The position numbers and the translations under genes are program-made. A stretch of DNA of 64,000 nucleotides from Patescibacteria group bacterium (GTDB lineage: Bacteria > Patescibacteriota > Dojkabacteria > GCA-002793355): the NCBI GenBank assembly GCA_016860985.1, contig BOKM01000001.1, forward strand, positions 856,040-920,039. Reading direction: 5' to 3'. The notes beneath the pieces were generated by a model. The model did no database searches. It saw only the letters and a program-made list of their open reading frames with translations, and was not told the origin of the DNA. This document shows positions 1 through 8,424 of the stretch, piece after piece (the first letter of the stretch is position 1; every line of letters begins with the position of its first letter).

Positions 1-867
1 GCGGTTCATGAGGGGATATCCTAACGCGGCTCTCTCTTCAAGGTACATTGTACTAATTGCTTTTGCACTTTTGCTCATTTGCCCAAATTTCGCCATACGG
101 TCGGAAACACTTACCATCCCTCTGGCATCAAGAAGGTTAAAAAGGTGGGAAACCTTGAGTTGATAATCGTAAGCTGCCCAGAAATTCTTTTGTTCTAACT
201 GCTGCTGAACTTCTTTTTCGTAGATTGTGTAAAGGGATTTGAGCGAGTCTGGTGTTGACGTTTCAAAATTATGTGTTGCTTGCCAGAATTCGTGTCTTTC
301 AAAAATATCTGCGTACGTTGTTGTGTCGTTCCATTTCAAGTCTTTGTAATGATCAACATCTTGCAAGTACATAGCAAGTCGCTCTAGCCCGTAGGTTATT
401 TCGAGTGTAGGGACTTCAAGTGGTGTGCCAGCCATCTGCTGAAAATAAGTGTATTGTGCTATCTCCATTCCATCGCACCAAATCTCCCAACCTAAGCCCC
501 AGGCACCAAGCGGGGTTGACTCCCAGTTATCTTCAACAAAGCGAATATCGTGCTTTTGTGGGTCTAACCCAAGTGCAATGAGGCTTTCGATAAATAGTTC
601 TTGGTTGAATTTTGGAGCCGGTTTTAAGATGACCTGGTATTGATAATAATGCTGAAATCTATTTGGGCTCTTTCCGTATCGTCCGTCTGTTGGTCTTCTG
701 CTTGGCTCGACATAGGCGACATTGTATGGCTCGGGGCCAAGAACTCTAAAAAAAGTGTGTGGGTTACCTGTGCCCGCCCCAACTTCTACTCCATATGGTT
801 GACCAATAAGACAGCCTTGCTTGGCCCAAAAGGTATTTAATGCAGTAATAAGTTCTTGAAATGACAT
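1..867 (-). CDS. glyQ: Glycine--tRNA ligase alpha subunit (runs off the left edge)
   Basis: Not in the ORF track. Translated by hand from ATG 867: MSFQELITALNTFWAKQGCLIGQPYGVEVGAGT..AYVEPSRRPTDGRYGESPNRFQHYYQYQVILKP..DIRFVEDNWES..GAWGLGWEIW..YTYFQQ..EITYGLERLAMY. No stop before position 1. Confidence 0.96.
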   Translation of the reverse strand, partial: MSFQELITALNTFWAKQGCLIGQPYGVEVGAGTGNPHTFFRVLGPEPYNVAYVEPSRRPTDGRYGKSPNRFQHYYQYQVILKPAPKFNQELFIESLIALGLDPQKHDIRFVEDNWESTPLGAWGLGWEIWCDGMEIAQYTYFQQMAGTPLEVPTLEITYGLERLAMYLQDVDHYKDLKWNDTTTYADIFERHEFWQATHNFETSTPDSLKSLYTIYEKEVQQQLEQKNFWAAYDYQLKVSHLFNLLDARGMVSVSDRMAKFGQMSKSAKAISTMYLEERAALGYPLMNR

Positions 868-908
868 GCGGAAGTATAGCAGAAATTTTAAGTTTTGTGT
901 TGGGGTGG

Positions 909-1595
909 TTAAGCCGGTTCGACTATTCTTTTAGACTGGTTTCGAATAACTTTCATCATGTGATCCTCTGCTGTGGAGTATGCATATCTTTCTTCGTGAC
1001 TATATTTCGCAATAAATTTAACAAACATTGGGAACGTTACGGTTTGTAGAGCAACCATGGTGGCGCGGACAGTCCTTTTTTCAAATCCCTCGTCAAAACG
1101 TTCTTTTAACCATTCAGGCATTGGAACTGCTCTTACTATCTCAGTCCCAATTTTTTTGACAACAGGTGCAAGGAGCTTACTCGTAGCGTAAATAAGTCCG
1201 TAATAAAGTCCAGCTTCTGCAAAACGAATTGCCCAAAATTGTAAGCCCGCATGGGCTTTATGTGCTACTTCGTGGGAGACAATGTTTTCGAAATCGTACT
1301 CAACCTCTTTGTAGTATGCACCGCGCTTTAGTTCCTCTCTTATGGCAAGGATGTTTTTTGCATAAATATGTGTGGAACCTGTTAATGGATTATATTGTCC
1401 AAGCAATCTGGGGAGTGCCTCAGATAATCGATTTGGTCGAAAATCAAGTGAAATTGAGCGTGCCTTATCTTCGGACATCCCTAATCCCATTGCATACTCA
1501 ACAAGGGCTTCTGAATTGATTTTTAAATTTAAACTTTCAAATTCAGGAGAACTAATAATCTTTGGTGTCGGTTTTGGCTGAGAAGTTTCTGTCAT
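909..1595 (-). CDS. Hypothetical membrane-associated protein with HExxH (zincin-like) motif
   Basis: 228-aa ORF; IVSHEVAH preceded by LGQYNP and followed by hydrophobic segments. Confidence 0.6.
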   Translation of the reverse strand: MTETSQPKPTPKIISSPEFESLNLKINSEALVEYAMGLGMSEDKARSISLDFRPNRLSEALPRLLGQYNPLTGSTHIYAKNILAIREELKRGAYYKEVEYDFENIVSHEVAHKAHAGLQFWAIRFAEAGLYYGLIYATSKLLAPVVKKIGTEIVRAVPMPEWLKERFDEGFEKRTVRATMVALQTVTFPMFVKFIAKYSHEERYAYSTAEDHMMKVIRNQSKRIVEPA

Positions 1596-1613
1596 ATATT
1601 GTAGATCTTTACT

Positions 1614-3164
1614 TTAATCCAGTAATTCTTTATTCCCCCACCACCACGTCATTGGCAAAAAGAAGCCGTAATAGGTAATGGTTGCAACTGAAAAGAATGG
1701 TATACCAATTCCGATAAGCGAAATCACAAGTTGCGACATGAGTAGATAGTAATTCTCTTTTTTTAGCTTTTTTTCACTTTTTCTGAGAGCAAGCAGGTGT
1801 TCTATACTCTTTTTGAGTGACTTAATGGATAATGCCCAGAAAAGAATAATCACAGCTGTATATCCAGTTACACCAATGATGCCCTGTTCTGCGTATAACA
1901 AGCCGTATGTTGAGTGAGGGCTCGCGTTTGTGCCACCACCTGGGCGAATCAGTCGCTCATATTCAACCCCAAAGGTCCCCATTCCCATTCCAGTTAATGG
2001 TCGTTGATTTCCAATTTTTATGGCGCTCTCGAATAAATCTGCATGGCCTTGCGCAGATTTCTCGTTTGGATTAAACATATTTTGAACGTACCTGGTCATT
2101 TCTCTCGATAAAGAGGTGGTTCTACCGTTATGGTTAAGTGGGACTGCGTAGCCTATTGCAAAGAGTATTCCAGAGGAAATAATTGTGATAATCAAAAATT
2201 TTATAGTTGTTGACACAATCGCCTTAATTTTCCCGAGTCGTCGGGCAAGAGGAATAAAGTACGCGACTAATAGCACAATTCCTACAATTCCCGCGCCAAG
2301 TAGCGCGCTTCTTGAAAAGGTGAGTGCGTAAGATATAAGTGCAGCAGCAATCGCAAGTGAGTAAAACAATTTCTCTTTTTTTGCAGGGTAGTCTTTCTGT
2401 TCTCTCAGTAATATTGTGGTAATGAGGAGTGTTCCAAAAATGATAACCATAACTAGTGAGAACATGCCGTTAAAGTTCACATCACCAAAGAACCCAGGAG
2501 CACGGATGATATTCGGTTTATAAGAAAACTTCTGATGTCCAACCAGCAGTAATTTGTTTGGAAAAGTCTCATCAATCGTTTTCCAGATAGTACAACCCGT
2601 CCCCGGATTTTGTGTTGAGCAATCTACAAACTGTGTTACAGAAACTACAGTATTTACAAAGGTAAAGAGCGCGAGTGTAATCACGAAGGTGCGAACCAAT
2701 CGAATCGCTGCTTTCTTCAATGTTTCTTTTGACAGCATCTCTGTGAGAAGCGTAAGCCAAATAGTTGCGGTTGCAAAAACTGCGAGGCTCATCCAATGTG
2801 TGAGTAGTATACCCAAAGAAGCGCCTTTAGAGGTCGAGGTGATTATTGCTACAAAGTCGATGAGAGAAAGAAAAACAATAACGAGTGTAAGTTTACTTTT
2901 TAGTAGCTGTAATAAACTATGCCTCTTGCTGTACTCAAAAGTTGCTTTTGCAAGAAGAATAGGGATGACAAATACAATTGGTTGCAATGTCTTAGTTGAA
3001 TCACCAATATTGAGCGTGATGCTAAACCTATGCACGAACGCAATAAGTGGTGTAAGTGCAAACGCTTCAAGAAAAGGCAGGTATGCAGCGAGCGCGGTGA
3101 GTATAAAGAACACTCCGAGAATTATTTTTGAACCAAGTGTGGTGTAGCGAAGCATATATATCAT
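1614..3164 (-). CDS. O-antigen ligase / O-oligosaccharyltransferase-like (Wzy_C) membrane protein
   Basis: Many TM helices; RAPGFFGDVN, LTFSRSALLG, PLTGMGMGTF and SPHSTY..EQGIIG motifs. Start may be 3155. Confidence 0.85.
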   Translation of the reverse strand: MIYMLRYTTLGSKIILGVFFILTALAAYLPFLEAFALTPLIAFVHRFSITLNIGDSTKTLQPIVFVIPILLAKATFEYSKRHSLLQLLKSKLTLVIVFLSLIDFVAIITSTSKGASLGILLTHWMSLAVFATATIWLTLLTEMLSKETLKKAAIRLVRTFVITLALFTFVNTVVSVTQFVDCSTQNPGTGCTIWKTIDETFPNKLLLVGHQKFSYKPNIIRAPGFFGDVNFNGMFSLVMVIIFGTLLITTILLREQKDYPAKKEKLFYSLAIAAALISYALTFSRSALLGAGIVGIVLLVAYFIPLARRLGKIKAIVSTTIKFLIITIISSGILFAIGYAVPLNHNGRTTSLSREMTRYVQNMFNPNEKSAQGHADLFESAIKIGNQRPLTGMGMGTFGVEYERLIRPGGGTNASPHSTYGLLYAEQGIIGVTGYTAVIILFWALSIKSLKKSIEHLLALRKSEKKLKKENYYLLMSQLVISLIGIGIPFFSVATITYYGFFLPMTWWWGNKELLD

Positions 3165-3203
3165 TATTATACGTTACTCGTTACTGCATCGCAAAGCTCG
3201 TCA

Positions 3204-4115
3204 ATGGTAAAATACATTGTGGAAATTCATATTATTTTTGGTCCAACCGCTTCGAGCAAAACAAAGATGGCGCAAGCACTTTGGGAAACATATCACTACC
3301 CTATTCTTTCCGTAGACTCACGCAAAGTTTACAAAGGAGCAGATATTGGGACGAATAAGTTATCGCTTCTTGAGTTCAAAAAAAATCACTCTGAAGTTTT
3401 AGTCGGTGGAATTGATTTTAGGCAGCCGTCGGAAGAAATAAATGTTTATGAATTTCAGCAGCATGTATATGGTTGGATTGAGGAAAACCAAGAAACAATA
3501 AACAAATTTGGCGGGCTTATTATTCATGGAGGAACGGGATTATATTTAGATGCGATTTTAGAGGGCAAGTCATTTCTTTCTCAACGAAATGAGGAGCTTC
3601 GCGAATCTCTGGCAAATGAATCTGTTGAAAAGTTGCAAGAAATTGCAGCTAAAGAAAATACCCCAGCTTATGAAAAATTGAACGAAAGTGATCGTCAAAA
3701 TCCAAGAAGGCTCATACGAGTTATAGAGAACAAAGATCTTGCACCAGAAAAGGTAGATAGCAGAAGTACATTTTTCTTGAATAGCACTATTACGTGGCAT
3801 ATTAAACTCCCTGAACGGTTGCAGCTGTATACAACAATAAATGAGCGAGTGTACCGATATTTTGTTGAAGGTTGGCTCGATGAAGTCTCCTCTCTCCGTT
3901 CACAGTTTGGAGATAATTCTCCTGCCTTGCAAATGATGGGTTACAAACAATTAGTCGCATTCCAGCGTGAATATACAAACTGGTCTGATTTGTATAAAGA
4001 GAATGCGCCTGAATTCCAAAAGGTTGTTGCTCTCATTCAGCTCGAGCATCGCCGGTATGCCAAGAGGCAAGAAACATGGGCAAAAAAGTATATTCGACAG
4101 CAAAAAAATAACTAA
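3204..4115 (+). CDS. miaA: tRNA dimethylallyltransferase
   Basis: GPTASSKT, SVDSRKVYKGADIGTNK, GGTGLY, NPRRLIR, GYKQ, RRYAKRQETW. Confidence 0.95.
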   Translation: MVKYIVEIHIIFGPTASSKTKMAQALWETYHYPILSVDSRKVYKGADIGTNKLSLLEFKKNHSEVLVGGIDFRQPSEEINVYEFQQHVYGWIEENQETINKFGGLIIHGGTGLYLDAILEGKSFLSQRNEELRESLANESVEKLQEIAAKENTPAYEKLNESDRQNPRRLIRVIENKDLAPEKVDSRSTFFLNSTITWHIKLPERLQLYTTINERVYRYFVEGWLDEVSSLRSQFGDNSPALQMMGYKQLVAFQREYTNWSDLYKENAPEFQKVVALIQLEHRRYAKRQETWAKKYIRQQKNN

Positions 4116-4780
4116 CCAAACCGACTTTCCTTTAATATACTCCTAGCCGCTGCTACTTCTGGGTAATGAGCTCGAACGAGGTCCCAAAATACTTTGGAAT
4201 GATTGTGGTGCATAAGGTGAGATAGTTCATGAATAATGACGTAATCAATAACCTCTGGCGGATAATGAACTAGTCGAAGATTGAAGGTTAGGTTACCAGT
4301 TGTTGTGCAACTTCCCCACAAGGATTTTACATACTTTAATCGCATTCGACGATGTTTTTTTTGCGAGATCTGCGGCTCGAATATAGCGATTCGAGCCGCA
4401 AGATACTGAGTCAGTTCGGGGGCAAGTAGTTCATAAAATTTCTTTCTTTGAAGGCGGTTTGTCCTTGTTTGCACGGATACAATATTCCCTTGTGTATTGA
4501 TTTGTAATGTCGTGCTTTTGGCACGTTCAAGTACTACTGAATACAATGCTCCGAATAGATAGAACGTGTCACCGCTCAGGATTGTAGACGGGATTTTGTT
4601 TTGTTTGGGAACCGATAGCGATTTTACTAAGAAGATTGTGTTGCTGCTAAGAAATTCGGCAATTCTGCTAATCGCCATTCTGCGAGGGGCTCTCAATTCA
4701 AGCTCCCGATTGTTTGTTATCTTTAGCGTTGTAGACCTAAATCGTTTTGAAGACTGTATTGTGTTAATTGTAATTGCCAT
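4112..4780 (-). CDS. M48/YgjP (DUF45)-like metal-dependent hydrolase
   Basis: WGSC..G.LTFN.RL and IDYVIIHELSHLMHHNHSKVFW. Confidence 0.9.
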   Translation of the reverse strand: MAITINTIQSSKRFRSTTLKITNNRELELRAPRRMAISRIAEFLSSNTIFLVKSLSVPKQNKIPSTILSGDTFYLFGALYSVVLERAKSTTLQINTQGNIVSVQTRTNRLQRKKFYELLAPELTQYLAARIAIFEPQISQKKHRRMRLKYVKSLWGSCTTTGNLTFNLRLVHYPPEVIDYVIIHELSHLMHHNHSKVFWDLVRAHYPEVAAARSILKESRFG

Positions 4781-4816
4781 GTTGTTTTCTCGTTCTGCTA
4801 TACATTATAATGGAAT

Positions 4817-4960
4817 ATGCAACGACGATTTATCTGGACAATACTATTACTTTTAATTCTCTGTTGCACCGCTCTCGTTGTTGATTCAATCTGGATGGAA
4901 AGACGCCTAAACACTCGTAATTTTGTGTATCCTGGGAATACTGAACTCTTTGGTGAATGA
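4817..4960 (+). CDS. Small single-pass membrane protein (47 aa), below the ORF-track cutoff
   Basis: MQRRFIWTILLLLILCCTALVVDSIWMERRLNTRNFVYPGNTELFGE*; TATAAT at 4806-4811 lies 5 nt before the ATG; ORF fills the gap up to the serS stop. Confidence 0.7.
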   Translation: MQRRFIWTILLLLILCCTALVVDSIWMERRLNTRNFVYPGNTELFGE

Positions 4961-6271
4961 CTATCCAATGAGCTCTTTTCCTAGATATTTTTGCAATACC
5001 TGCGGCACTCGAATCTTCCCTTCTTTTGTTTGGTTTTGTTCTACTAACGCAATTAAGAAGCGTGGGAGCGCAATTGCAGTGTTGTTTAACGCATAGGCAA
5101 ATGCCTTTGTTCCATCGGCTCGTTTTACTCGAATGTTGTTTCTTCTTGTTTGGAAATCGCGCATATTAGAGGCAGAATGTGTTTCTCCGTAGCTACCTTT
5201 TCCAGGCATCCAAGACTCAATATCGTACTTTTTGTACTGAGGCTCGCCCATATCTCCTGTACACATCGAAAGAACTCGGTAATGGATTCCCAAACCTTGC
5301 AAAATTTCTTCTGCATTATTGAGAATTTCTGTGTGCATCGCTTCTGCTTTTTCTTCGTCTGGCTCCATAATAACAACCTGCTCAACTTTCATGAATTCGT
5401 GTACTCGGTAGATACCTTTAACGTCTTTACTGTAACTACCAATTTCTTGGCGGTAACAAGGAGAAAGACCTGCAAGCTTCAGTGGTCCGTTGGTTAAATC
5501 AAGTGTTTCATTGGCGTACATTGCCATTAGTGGCTGTTCCGCAGTTGCTGCAAGGTATAGTTGATCGGTTACTTCTGCCCCTGTTTCATCTACCCCGCCA
5601 CTCTTTAGTCGATAGGTATCTGTTGGTGGGCTCCAAGGAAACTGTGCTGCACCAAACAAAACGTGTTCTTTGACAATAATCGGTGGTGTGGTGATTTCAA
5701 ACCCCTTTTCTCGCAATTTTTCGAGTGCATACATGAGTACTGCCCATTCGAGCATGGCTCCGTCTCCTTTTAAGAAATAGCCTCGAAAACCAGATACTTT
5801 AACACCTCTTTCAAGATCAAGTAATCCAAGATTTGTCATTAAATCGACATGGTTTTTAGGTTCAAAATCGAACGCAGGTTTTTCTCCCCACATATGATGC
5901 ACGGTATTACCCGATTCATCTGGTCCTATTGGCGTATCTGCAGATGGAATTCCTGGAAGAAATGACATTAAGTCGTTAAGTTCACTCTCGAGTGAGTTGA
6001 GTTCACTCTCTTTTTGGGCTATCTGCTCTTTAATTTTCTTGCCTTCTTCGATAATGCTTGCTCTTTCGTCAGTGGAAGCTTTTTGAATGCGCTCTGCATT
6101 TTCATTGCGATTTGTTCGTAATAACTGAACCTCAGAAGTTAAAGCTTTTACGGAGGACGCTAATTCGATGATTCTATCAACTTTTTCTGGTGCAGTTCCG
6201 CGTACCCCTTTATTGGTGATTGCCGCCTTAACGACATCGGGGTTCGCTAAAACAAATTGTAGGTCTAACAT
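4961..6271 (-). CDS. serS: Serine--tRNA ligase
   Basis: N-terminal coiled coil; LAATAEQP, CYRQEIGS, GIYRVHEFMKVEQ, KYDIESWMP, LNNTAIALPR. Confidence 0.98.
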   Translation of the reverse strand: MLDLQFVLANPDVVKAAITNKGVRGTAPEKVDRIIELASSVKALTSEVQLLRTNRNENAERIQKASTDERASIIEEGKKIKEQIAQKESELNSLESELNDLMSFLPGIPSADTPIGPDESGNTVHHMWGEKPAFDFEPKNHVDLMTNLGLLDLERGVKVSGFRGYFLKGDGAMLEWAVLMYALEKLREKGFEITTPPIIVKEHVLFGAAQFPWSPPTDTYRLKSGGVDETGAEVTDQLYLAATAEQPLMAMYANETLDLTNGPLKLAGLSPCYRQEIGSYSKDVKGIYRVHEFMKVEQVVIMEPDEEKAEAMHTEILNNAEEILQGLGIHYRVLSMCTGDMGEPQYKKYDIESWMPGKGSYGETHSASNMRDFQTRRNNIRVKRADGTKAFAYALNNTAIALPRFLIALVEQNQTKEGKIRVPQVLQKYLGKELIG

Positions 6272-6308
6272 CTGGTATGGTAGCGTACTTTATGTGACGA
6301 ATGCAATA

Positions 6309-6899
6309 CTACGGGAATTTTACCTTGTATGCAGCTTGGCACTTTTCAATAACTTGCTTTGCTTCGTTCTCGTCGCCCCAGCGGTCTATAACTACTTTTT
6401 TATCGGTTTGCCCTTTGAATTTGAACTGCAAGTCTTTGTAGTGTTCCCAGAAGAACTGAATTTCATCAATTGTGATTTGTGGCAAATCTTTGTAGGTCTT
6501 AATGTGCTTGAAGCGAATGTCATCGACCGGTACTGCGAGTACTTTGTCGTCTATTTCGCCACTGTCGTTCATATACATAACGCCGATTGGTCGGACGGTT
6601 ATTAAGCAGCCAGGAAATGTTGGATAAGACACTAAGCACATAATGTCGAGAAGGTCGTTGTCTTCATCGTAGGTTTGGGGAATAAGTCCGTATTCGATTG
6701 GATATGGCAACATTTCAAACAATACACGATCGAGCTTAATGACGTTTGCTTCTGTGACGTATTCGTATTTATTAAAGGAGCCCTTTGGAATCTCAACAAG
6801 CATGTTTACATTTCCCTCTTCGTCGAAGGTAGGGAGCACGTGTTGTGGGTTTATGCCCATTTTAAGATATTGCGGATCAAGATTCGAAATATTTGCCAT
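6309..6899 (-). CDS. ppa: Inorganic pyrophosphatase (family I)
   Basis: VEIPKGSFNKYEY, LDRVL, YGLIPQT..D.DLLD, DSGEIDDK, FWEHYKDL; ATG 6899 preferred over TTG 6914. Confidence 0.96.
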   Translation of the reverse strand: MANISNLDPQYLKMGINPQHVLPTFDEEGNVNMLVEIPKGSFNKYEYVTEANVIKLDRVLFEMLPYPIEYGLIPQTYDEDNDLLDIMCLVSYPTFPGCLITVRPIGVMYMNDSGEIDDKVLAVPVDDIRFKHIKTYKDLPQITIDEIQFFWEHYKDLQFKFKGQTDKKVVIDRWGDENEAKQVIEKCQAAYKVKFP

Positions 6900-6940
6900 A
6901 AATGTATAAAACAAGTTACTTGGTGATTATAGCGCAGGGA

Positions 6941-7001
6941 ACGAACGGCGGCTACACTAAGGTCAAAAAATCTAACACTCGTATGTGTAGCCACCGTCCG
7001 C
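6941..7001 (-). other. Long RNA hairpin downstream of the 79-aa gene
   Basis: Minus strand GCGGACGGUGGCUACAC-(27 nt)-GUGUAGCCGCCGUUCGU gives a 17-bp stem; its three non-Watson-Crick pairs are G.U only on the minus strand. Confidence 0.7.
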
Positions 7002-7004
7002 ACG

Positions 7005-7244
7005 TTATTCTTCTACAGGTACACCCTCCTCTTTTGGCAGAATAATTTCGACCTGATACCCACGGTAGTTCACATCAAGGTAATCCTTGATTAAACCAGG
7101 TAATTCAGCGCATTCGGCAGTGACGATTCCCGTTTTGGGGTCACTGGTTGCACCAATTTGCATGGTTGTAAACTTTCCCGAAATGGCTCTTCGGAAGAAG
7201 AACTTATCGGCGTTCTGGGGGGGGGTAATCTTTACTTGGGCCAT
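7005..7244 (-). CDS. Small hypothetical protein (79 aa), weak HicB/DUF1902-like segment
   Basis: SD AGGAGG 7 nt before the ATG; TGGTATAAT promoter upstream; GIVTAECAELPGL motif; C9 tract at 7217-7225. Confidence 0.7.
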   Translation of the reverse strand: MAQVKITPPQNADKFFFRRAISGKFTTMQIGATSDPKTGIVTAECAELPGLIKDYLDVNYRGYQVEIILPKEEGVPVEE

Positions 7245-7319
7245 AGCGGCGCCTCCTGAAAAAAGTTTTTTACGTGCAGGACGAATTATACCATTTTAAG
7301 GGTGGTTTTTGAATAGCAC

Positions 7320-7348
7320 TTGACCAGTACGCTTTTTGCAGGTACATT
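7320..7348 (+). promoter_or_regulatory. Sigma70 promoter of a leaderless transcript
   Basis: TTGACC (7320-7325), 17-bp spacer, TACATT (7343-7348), 5 nt, ATG 7354. Confidence 0.7.
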
Positions 7349-7353
7349 TCGTA

Positions 7354-7581
7354 ATGGCATTAGAAGATATTCCAGAAGCACGTTGGCGTATGGCCGTAGG
7401 TCAATCGCCAAATGGTCGACTAACAGCTGATGAACTTCAGGCAAAACTTGCGAAGCAGGGTTTTGTTGAAGGTTGGGGAACCATACTTAAAGATGGGTTT
7501 ACAGGGCTTGCTGAAAAAATGACCGAAGCAGTAAAGGCCATCGGCAGAAGTCGCATAAAAAAAACTCAAGAAAAGAGTTAG
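7354..7581 (+). CDS. Small hypothetical protein (75 aa)
   Basis: MALEDIPEARWRM..; start placed by the promoter. Confidence 0.65.
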   Translation: MALEDIPEARWRMAVGQSPNGRLTADELQAKLAKQGFVEGWGTILKDGFTGLAEKMTEAVKAIGRSRIKKTQEKS

Positions 7582-8349
7582 TTATTTCACAAAGTAAATT
7601 GTTTTTGGAACCGTTCCTTTAAAGGTTGTTTTTCCATTCGCAAACGAGAGTTCTTCTATTGATAATCCTTTTACGACGGTAAGTCTCTCTTCGACAAATG
7701 TATCAGCTTGTGTTTTGTACTCACGTAGCAGATTACTTGGCACAGGAATAATTCCAACTTTGACCGCACTAAAGTTCGCATCAACTTGATTGTTTTTAAT
7801 GGTCAATTGCCCCGAGGCAGTAAGTGGGAATGTTTCACCAAGTGAGCCAACGTACTTGTTAATGAGTTGCATCGTCTCAGAGGTGATATTACTTGCACTC
7901 GCGAATCGTTGGACTTGTTTCATGTCAACAATTCCAGCAAAGTCAACACTTCCATTCTGATTTACACGCATTTGCGCTGCAGTGAATGGCGCATTCGGAG
8001 ATAACTGAATCCATTCGTTAATTAAGGCGGTTCCTTGTGAGTTTGTGAGTGTAATCGTCACATTTTGAGTGCCGTTATATATTGCTTTACCACTGGTGCA
8101 ATCAATAGTTGAGCACTCTGAGCTATCAGAAGTGATTGCTTTAGCTTCTGACTGAAGTGCGTTGTGCACGGTTTTGCTGTCTTCTGGGGTGAATGTGATA
8201 CCTAAATCTGTTGAAGTCGCGGAGTTAAAAAGTGATGGAATACGGAATTCGCCCTTTGTGAATTGCGAATACGTAAACCAACCTGCAACCCCTACGCCTG
8301 CGCATAAAAATAACACAGCGATAAGAACGACAAGTCCAAACTTTTTCAT
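7582..8349 (-). CDS. Membrane-anchored extracytoplasmic protein (possible DUF2140/LmeA-like lipid-binding fold)
   Basis: N-terminal TM anchor; ITLTNSQGTALINEW helix followed by long beta strands; one Cys pair. Fold assignment is inference. Confidence 0.55.
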   Translation of the reverse strand: MKKFGLVVLIAVLFLCAGVGVAGWFTYSQFTKGEFRIPSLFNSATSTDLGITFTPEDSKTVHNALQSEAKAITSDSSECSTIDCTSGKAIYNGTQNVTITLTNSQGTALINEWIQLSPNAPFTAAQMRVNQNGSVDFAGIVDMKQVQRFASASNITSETMQLINKYVGSLGETFPLTASGQLTIKNNQVDANFSAVKVGIIPVPSNLLREYKTQADTFVEERLTVVKGLSIEELSFANGKTTFKGTVPKTIYFVK

Positions 8350-8424
8350 GGGTAAGTCCTCAAATTATTGCGGTAGATTTTCTACCGTATCTTTTATTCT
8401 ACTCCTCTTGTGGCATAATGCACC

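Noticed and set aside
1..867. Fused GlyQS
   Set aside because: 289 codons is within normal GlyQ length and the window ends before this can be decided
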